A DNA stretch of 64,000 bases from Octopus sinensis (lineage: Eukaryota): NCBI RefSeq assembly GCF_006345805.1, contig NC_043012.1:42222001-42286000 (forward strand), given 5' to 3'. Position 1 is the first letter of the stretch; each line of letters starts with the position of its first letter. This document shows, in pieces, positions 55,719 through 64,000 of the stretch. The position numbers and the translations under genes are program-made. Below the pieces are notes generated by a model, which worked only from the letters and a program-made list of their open reading frames with translations, made no database searches and was not told the origin of the DNA.

Positions 55719-55950
55719 TATTGGGTGGTGCATAATTATTGTGGCTTCTTTCCAACAAATTTTATTTAACAAAAACATCTTTACATGATGGTCTGACCGT
55801 CTGCCAATCAAATGGGAAGCAGTAATTGAATTGGATGGTGAATATGCTCTGGAACAGTCATTTAAAGATGTTTTTGTTACATGTTGTTATTGTTTTTGCT
55901 GAATGAAATTTGTTGAAAAAAAAAACTGTAATAATTATGTACCAACCCAG
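55719..55950 (+). mobile_element. Mariner-derived MITE
   Basis: TIRs ttgggtggtgcataattatt / aataattatgtaccaaccca; retains LPIKWEAVIELDGEY. Confidence 0.78.
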
Positions 55951-56317
55951 TGATCGTTACCTGCATCACCTTACGACACTTGTGCTGGTGGCACGTGAAA
56001 AAGCATTTGAGTGAAGTTGTTGCCAGTGCCACTGGACTGGCTCCTGTGCAGGTGGCACATAAAAAGCACCATTTGAGCATGACGGTTTACCAGTACCGCC
56101 TGACTGGCCCTCGTGCTGGTGGCATGTAGAAGCACCCACTACACTCTCGGAGTGGTTGGCATTAGGAAGGGCATCCAGCTGTAGAAACTCTGCCAGATCA
56201 GATTGGAGTCTGGTGCAGCCATCTGGTTTGCCAGTCCTCAGTCAAATCGTCCAACCCATGCTAGCATGGAAACTGGACGTTAAACTATGATGATGATGAT
56301 ATATATATATATATATA

Positions 56318-57604
56318 CGAGGGACGTTCAATAAGTAATGCCTCTGACCCACTTGCAGTTGTTTGATCTAGCTGAAATTTTGTCTGTGCAATTATTTATA
56401 TTTCTATAGATTAAGTGGCAAATTACAGCTCTGAAATAATTGTGGTTTCTGATTTACAGGTGTTTGAACTGAGTCAAGTGTGAAATGGAGCCTGTTGAGT
56501 GTCGAGCAGTGATCCGGGTTTTGTATTTGAAAGGACGCACACCACGGGAGACATTTGATCAAATGAAAGTAACTTATGGTGATGATGCCCCATCATATGA
56601 CCTTGTAAAACCCTGGCATCTTGAATTCAACATGGTCGGAACTCTGTGGAAACAGCTCCCAGATCTGGTCGCCCCCCTTCTGCCATTGATGAGGCATCTG
56701 TCCATCAAGTTGAGGCTGCCATTTTGGAAGATCGACACATAACAATTCGCCAAATAGCCCATCAGGTCAAGATTAGTACCGGGTCTGTGGAAACTATCAT
56801 TCATGACCATTTGCATATGCAAAAGGTGTCTGCCAGATGGATTTCCAGGTTGCTCACACCTTTCCAGAAGCAAGAACGCGTCGAGTGCTTGAGGATGAAT
56901 TTGGAAATGTGCCAAGAAGATGAGTCAAAATTTTTCAAAAGACTGATTACACAGGATGAAACCTGGGTCCATCACTATGATCCAGAGACCAAAGCCCAGT
57001 CAATGCAGTGGAAGCACCGTGATTCACCTCCTCCAAAGAAGGCAAGGGTGCAGCCCTTCGCTGGCAAGGACATGCTCACAGTCTTCTGGGACCAGGACGG
57101 AGTAGTGATGACAGATTTCCCGGCAAAGGGTACCACAATTACAGGAGCCTATTATGCTTCACTTTTGAGGAAATTAAGAGAAGCTATCAAAATCAAGAGG
57201 CGGGGCAAGATCAGAAAAGGCATCCTCCTCCTGTAGGACAACGCTCCGGTCCACAACTCGCGTGTCGCCAGATCAGAAGCACAGGCGTGCAGCTATGAAC
57301 TCCTCCCCATCCCCCCTACTCTACTGACCTTGAACCCTCTGATTTTCACCTCTTCCCAGCCATGAAGTTGTTTCTGAAGGGAAAGCGTTTCACAGATGAT
57401 GCAGCCTTGATTTCTGAAGTCACGTCGTGGTTGGAGGACCAAGCTGGGGTCTTCTACAAAAACGGTCTCCAGAGCTGCATCAAACAATGGGAGAAATGCG
57501 TAACTCTGGTTGATTCCTATGTAGAAAAATACTAATAACTGTGCTAAGTTTCGTTGCTCTACTGCAATGGGAAGTGGGTCAAGGGCATTACTTATTGAAC
57601 GCCC

Positions 57605-57608
<4 letters not shown>
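56318..57608 (+). mobile_element. Full-length mariner (DD34D) transposon, 1291 bp
   Basis: TIRs cgagggacgttcaataagtaatgcc / ggcattacttattgaacgcccctca; TA on both sides; inserted in (TA)n. Confidence 0.96.
56485..57535 (+). pseudogene. Mariner transposase, inactivated
   Basis: RSGRP, KVSARWISRLL, TQDETWVHHYDPETK, DNAPVH and HPPYSTDLEPSD; frameshift near 56630 and TAG at 57234-57236. Confidence 0.95.
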
Positions 57609-57663
<55 letters not shown>

Positions 57664-57779
57664 CTTCAACAAAGTTTCGTTCATCAAATTCTACTCCCAA
57701 GTTCTATCAATGGCACTGAATCTGGAACTACATGGTTGTAAAATGAATTTCTTGACCACACATCAATGGAGAGAGAGAG

Positions 57780-58545
57780 AGAGGCAATTACGTGGATAAA
57801 CAAATTAGAAATATTAAATAGAATATAATAGTTTTGGCATGAAACACAAAATATGTATTTATGTATAAATGAAAAATGAGAGAAAGCAAAAGATGGAGAC
57901 TTTGAAACAATGATTATTTAAGTACAAACATATAGATATCATTGCTGTATTTCATTATTTATTTATTTTTTGCCAAATAAACACAGACACTATATTTTTT
58001 TTTCTTCACTTGTTTGTTATTGTGATTTTATTATTTTAACGCCTGTTCATTGTCCAGAAATCTTTCATGATACATCTGTGAACTCTTCACTGACACTTTT
58101 GGTTTCCATGTGTGTTGTAGCTCCACTTACTCCATTCTGATATTTATATTAATAGATATTTATATATTGGCATTAAGATTTAAAATGTAAGATCTCTACC
58201 CTGATGATGGAGGCTTGTTTTATCCAAAATTGATTGCATCCTTTACAACCGCATATTGAGATGAACTATATCTACCAATATCATCATGGATCTCCATGCC
58301 TCCAGACATCGTTGTTGGACTTATTCCGCACCTTTCTTCCACACTTTCAGTTTTCTCTGTCATTGCACTCTGTGTAAATTGGAGCTATTTATATAAATAT
58401 CTGTATATATGTACTTAAATATTTGTTGCCTGAAAGTCTCTATCTTTTGCTTTCTCTCATTTTTCATGGGGTATCCTATGAGACGACCTAGATGAGATGA
58501 GATTCAGGTCTCAAACTAATACATTACCATTTAATATATGGAATT
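57780..58545. mobile_element. Penelope-type inverted pLTR remnant with decayed HHR-like motifs
   Basis: About 70-bp inverted repeat (57869-57939 versus 58398-58468); CTGATGA-tggaggc...gcctcca-GACA at 58201-58308. Confidence 0.5.
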
Positions 58546-59252
58546 TGCTTATCTGCATAATTGCCTTGATATCCACTCAACTTGATCCTTATTACAGTCA
58601 CTCTTTACCCCAAAGTATCTCATCTGTGGAATATATATACATACAGTAGTCATGGCCGATGCTGGTGTCATGTGACTGGCACCTTTCGAGTGTTGGGCCC
58701 CACGGATGCAAAGTGGCTGATGCCAGTGACATGTGAAGAGCTCCTTCTGAGCGTTGGGCTTCACAGAGGCAATGACAAATTACCAAGATCTTTGGCATTA
58801 TGTCATGATTGAGAAGAAGACCCATCAAGCCAAATAAAATCGCAGTTGTGGCAGATATCGGTGTCACACAAATGGCACCTGTGTTGGCGGCACATAAAAG
58901 CACCCATTACACTCTCTGAGTGGTTGGCATTAAAAAGGGCATCCAGCCATAGAAACTATGCCAAATCAGACTGGAGTCTGGTGCAGCCTTCCAGTTTGCC
59001 AGCCCTGGTCAAACTGTCCGATCCATACCAGCATGGACAACAGGCTTTAAATGATAATGATGATGATGATATATATATATATATATATGACAAATACCAG
59101 TATGTTAAATGCATTACAACAAAAATTCTTGATTTAAGATTCTCTCCATTCTAGGGAATATATCATGAGGAAGGGAGATAATCTCAAGATCCAAGAATTC
59201 TTCAAAGTCGACATTAAGGAAAGGTGCAGGCTTACTGTCTGAGAGGTCAGCC

Positions 59253-59293
59253 ATGCATACGTATTTCTGCCTCAATAGTTTTCATCAGCATAT
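59253..59293 (-). ncRNA. Decayed minimal HHR motif
   Basis: atg-CTGATGA-aaactattgaggca-GAAA-TACGTA-TG-cat; G at the cleavage position predicts inactivity. Confidence 0.5.
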
Positions 59294-59299
59294 CTGTCT

Positions 59300-59350
<51 letters not shown>

Positions 59351-59355
<5 letters not shown>

Positions 59356-60025
59356 ATAGTTATCGCCATACTAATATGGCATTCTTATAAAAATAAGAAT
59401 AAAGCTGTCCGCTTATTAGCTCCATGAGGCCATCGCCTTAAGTTAGCTATTTGATACACAAACTGTATCCATATAACCTTCGAAAAAGGGAGGTCAGTCG
59501 CTCCACACTACTTGACCGGCAGCTACAGACGCGTTTCGGGGTATTGCCCCATTTCAATGCAGCGTAGCCAGACCAGTAGGTGTCGCTTCTGACAATCTCT
59601 GTTCGAAGGTTTTATTTACCTAGCTTCGGTGGAATACATCCACTTGTTTTCAATAATAGAAATATTAAAATTACTAAGTCTCTCTAAAAGAGAACAACGG
59701 CAGCGTTCCCGGAAAATAATAGTTATCGCCATACTAATATGGCATTCTTATAAAAATAAGAATAAAGCTGTCCGCTTATTAGCTCCATGTAGCTGCCGGT
59801 CAAGTAGTGTGGAGCGACTGACCTCCCTTGTTCGAAGGTTATATGGATACAGTTTGTGTATCAAATAGCTAACTTAAGGCGATGGCCTCATGGAGCTAAT
59901 AAGCGGACAGCTTTATTCTTATTTTTATAAGAATGCCATATTAGTATGGCGATAACTATTATTTTCCGGGAACGCTGCCGTTGTTCTCTTTTAGAGAGAC
60001 TTAGTAATTTTAATATTTCTATTAT
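59351..60025. mobile_element. Young non-autonomous Penelope/retrozyme-like insertion: 363-bp unit x about 1.2 plus a 238-bp inverted copy
   Basis: Block aaataatagt...agctccatg at 59351 and 59714 (period 363); 59788-60025 is the reverse complement of the unit; (TA)n on both flanks. Confidence 0.85.
59522..59563 (-). ncRNA. Minimal type I hammerhead ribozyme, variant core
   Basis: gctgca-TTGAAAT-gggg caata cccc-GAAA-CGCG-TC-tgtagc; helix I 6 bp, helix II 4 GC bp, palindromic helix III, GUC site. Confidence 0.75.
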
Positions 60026-61569
60026 ATATATATATATATATATATCATCATCATCATCATCATCATCATCACCACTTAAAATCCACTCTTCCATGCTAGT
60101 ATAAGTCACATGGACCTATTGCCAACCCTTACCTGTTTGCAAGCAAGGTAATATTTCTCAAAGTCAAACATGTCTTCCACAGAAGACTGGGAACAATGTC
60201 ACTTCTATGACAGTGCTGCTAGTTTACAACCACAAACACACATATATACAATGGGCTTCTACTAAATCCACTCACAAGGTTTTGGTTGGTTTATGGGGTT
60301 GTAGTAGAAGACACTTAGTCAAGGTGCCATGCAGTGGGACTGAACCTAAGATCACTAGGTTGGGAAGCAAGCTCCTTTACCACACAGCAACATCTGCAAT
60401 TATGATGATGATAGCAATGAAGATACATTCACACCCACACAATCATCATCACCACCACCACCACCACCATCAGCAGCAGCAGTAGTAGCATATTATGCTT
60501 GTTCTCCATGCTAGTAAGAAGTTAGATGATTTGTCGCAGTGTGAGTGGTAATTTCTTATTTGGGTTGGTAGACCCCATCTCACATGTATACTCCACTTTT
60601 GGCATGGTTTCTACATCTGAATGCCCCTTAAAATGCCAAACACACACACACACATGAAGTCAAATAGTCATGTAACTGTCCTATTTCCCTACCAACATTT
60701 TGTTATAGGAGATGCGGGTTTGGAAACCTTCTCATAAAGCAATATCCTTACCTAATTCCTGTCAGTGCATCATCTTATACTAATACTTTAATCCCTCTTA
60801 GTATAGAATCTATTAACATTAATATAATTCCACTTAATATAGCAAGACTGCATCTACACTGTGTAACAACTGAATCCCAATGATAAACAAGTGGTGAACC
60901 CAGGGAACCATTATCACAAAAGAAATTACATTTCTGGTAGAATTAGTGTAGTTAGTGTGGAGTATATAATGTAGTGTATATAGCCATTATTATAGTACTA
61001 ATATAATTATAGCAGAGTAAAGCATAAATGTTATAGTAGTATTAATGTAGAGGTAGAATAACATATAGTAAAATACTTGTATTATAGTGAAGTTACAGTA
61101 GAGTGTATAGTATAGTGCTATTACAGTACAATAGTATAGTTGTAGATTACAGTACAATACTGATATTAGTGTTAGTATCATCACAAGTATTTTATATATA
61201 TATATACATATATATGCACAAACACACACAGTGTGCAGCAAAAAGAAAAACATGCCACGTTCTACAGTTGTTTGCTGTTGATAAACGTTTCAACAGCAAA
61301 CACACAATGTACACAGATCCAAGTTTTGAAAAGGTAAATGGTAACACACTGGCTACATGAAGACATCATTACCACCTGCCTAAATTGATTGGCACCACAA
61401 ACGATTGGTGTGTAAAATATGGGAGGTTTTTCTGCTGCGACCTGTGTGTGTTATATATATATAGAAAATACAGGTAACTTGAAATTTGTATAAAAGAAAC
61501 AAACTTACATGGTGATACAGCTACAACTGCTAGCTAATTAATGAATTACTATCAACACAATTAGCTTAC

Positions 61570-61617
61570 TAATGATGTTATATAGTATTCGAATTTGGCA
61601 ACTGATGTTTCTGAGAC
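61570..61617 (-). CDS. Putative small exon (VSETSVAKFEYYITSL), or a 109-nt exon extending to 61509
   Basis: Acceptor tttttcttcttactttgccaacttctcag; donors TTA|gtaagc (61570) and CAT|gtaagt (61509). Confidence 0.4.
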
Positions 61618-61898
61618 CTGAGAAGTTGGCAAAGTAAGAAGAAAAAGTAATACAAATAAATATACATAAATACATAAGTCCATAAATAGCTTTGCTGTTT
61701 GTTATTTTCTTCTTATTTTTTGTTGCTGTTGCTGCTATTGTTATTAATTTTCACTATGCATATGGGTAAGTTCATCATCATCATCATCATCTCCATCATT
61801 TAACGTCCATTGTCCATGCTGTCATGTGTTAGATGGTTTGATCAGAAATTATTAGTACTTATAAAACGTTTACAAATATTTAAATAATAATAATAATA

Positions 61899-61949
<51 letters not shown>

Positions 61950-61974
61950 GTTGTTGTTGTTGTTGTGTTGTGAA

Positions 61975-62770
61975 GGTGGTGAGCTGGCAGAATCATTAGT
62001 GTCTTTGGCAAAAATGCTTAATGTGAATTTCTTCAGGCTCTTTCTGTTTGGAGTTCAAGTGCTGCAGAGATCAACTTTGCCTTTCATCTTTTTAAAGTTG
62101 ATATAATACAATATATGAATGTAATTGACTTGTCCTCTCCCCTTAAAAGTGCTGGCGTTGTGCCAAAATTTCTAACCGTTAATTATAATTATGATTATCA
62201 AGGTAGTGAGCTGACCAAATTGATAGCATGGTGGACAAAATCCTTAGCAGCATTTTGTTCAGTTCTTTACATTCCGAGGTTAGCTTTGCCTTTCAGATAT
62301 TTGGGGCTGATAAAATAAGTATCAGTTGAACACTGGGGTTGACTTTCCCCTCTCCCATGATTTCAGGCCTTGTGCCTAAGTATTATTATTATACCCCAGT
62401 TCAGCCCCTGATCAAGCAGGCATATGATTAAAAGGCATTCCATCCTAACTCATTTTGTTCTTACAAGAATGGTAAACTCAGAAACAGTGTACCCAGGAAC
62501 TCCATTATCCAAAGTACCCTTCTGTATTTATGACAGTAGAGTTTTGAGGGTGTGATTTTAAAGGATATTTGGCTGCTTTTCCAGCCAGTTTGGCAAACGC
62601 ACAGTTGGATGCCTTATGGTATTTGTTCTGTCTGCTCTTTATATTTTGTGTTTGAATCCTACTGATATCAACTGTGCCTTTCATTCTTTTAGGGTCGGGG
62701 TTGGTGTAATAAGCTACACTCTTCCAGCCCCAAAATCTGCTGGTTTTGTGCTTAAATTAGAAACAATTAT
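61975..62770 (+). mobile_element. Cluster of Meta-like SINEs
   Basis: aggtggtgagctggcagaatc head, gagttcaag, caactttgcctttcatc core repeated. Confidence 0.75.
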
Positions 62771-64000
62771 TATCATGTCATAAGAGGTGGCTAGAATGTT
62801 TGTCAATAGCAAGAGCAATAGCATCCATAAAACCCTAACTCAAAATAGAGAGCCATGATATGTACTAAAATACAGAAGTTTCTCATGGGCCTACAAAACT
62901 AAGCCCTTCCTTAAAAAGGAAACTGCCTTAAAATGTTTGCTGTTGTTGTTATTGTATAATTATTATGAAATAATATGGTACTATCTTTATACTAAAAGTT
63001 TTCCAATCTCTAAATTTCCATTTCTGTGACTAGAATCATTTTAAACACTACTTACGGTCAGACATGGCCTGTAATAGAGAACTGCTCTAATTTAGATAGT
63101 AATGTAACTTCCTCTCCCAACACACACAATCATCCTTGGCCACACCCATCTAATTGACTCAATTATCAACAAACTACATCCCTTCACTATTATAGCTGTT
63201 TCTTCTTCCTGCTTCTGTTTTTGGATTGGTTAGGCTACATATCCTTTCCTCTACTGAAACCCACTTTCCAATGTTACGCTACCCAGGATCACTTGACCCC
63301 TCTCCAGTAAATCTTACTATTCTTACTCCAACGCCACAAGGTCTCTCTACTCAGGCCCACGTACCTCTCTTTATCACATTTCATTGTGTTTTCTTTTTCA
63401 AACTCCACACTAAGCCCTTTGTTCTCAAGACTGCAACTTTAACTGCTTCCCTTGTTCCTGTAAACCTTAATCTACATAACATTAACTCTGTCTATCTCCT
63501 TAGCCACCCAGGTATCACCACTATATACCTGTAAACACCTACACATCATTATCCAATGCAGGTGGTGGATTTGCTGTTAAAGAATTGAGCAAAAGATGGC
63601 TTTTGTGTTCTCATAAGATAATGACATTGGCATTAAGCTGTAACATCCCAAAGGTCTTAGCCTTCAATAACATCAGCAGCATGAAGCAAAGAGGCTTGCA
63701 TGTACTGGCAATTACCAGTCTTCCTCATTAAAAAGGCAAAAAAGATATGCACCAGCAACAGTGCTGCAGTAGTTTAGCAGACGATCAGTTTAATCTGGTA
63801 GATAAGGATAAAGGTAAAAGTCCTTCCTGACCCATACAGTCTCATGAGGCTGGTTTTCCAGAATCTCTGGTGTACATACTCCTCACTGGATAATGGTCCA
63901 TTGCAGGAATACTCAATTTTGCCAGCTGAGTGGAACAAAATGCATCACCCAGTTCAGGAATTGAAACCACAATCACACAATCATGAGTCCAACACCCTAA

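Overview
AT-rich, microsatellite-dense eukaryotic DNA, not prokaryotic. The repeat complement (tRNA-derived SINE arrays with (ATT)n tails, RTE-type (GAT)n-tailed 3' ends, CR1-type LINEs, Helitrons, mariner/maT, Penelope-like elements) suggests a coleoid cephalopod such as Octopus; this is an inference. Most listed ORFs are microsatellite or transposon artefacts. One probable host gene lies on the minus strand, with candidate exons at about 61509/61570-61617, 55092-55348/55355 and a terminal exon at 24905-25049; the product is Gly/Ser-rich and unidentified. There is a 100-N assembly gap at 17933-18032, followed by apparently error-rich sequence. The most notable signal is a dense set of minimal type I hammerhead-ribozyme (HHR) motifs in Penelope-associated repeats. 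One is a very young 363-bp retrozyme-like unit (59351-60025) with a variant U3-A8 core, whose inverted second copy begins exactly at the predicted self-cleavage site. Other notable items are a Tx1-like LINE embedded in (TATC)n, a head-to-tail Helitron trio carrying an NRF1-motif minisatellite, and a possible start codon split by an intron.
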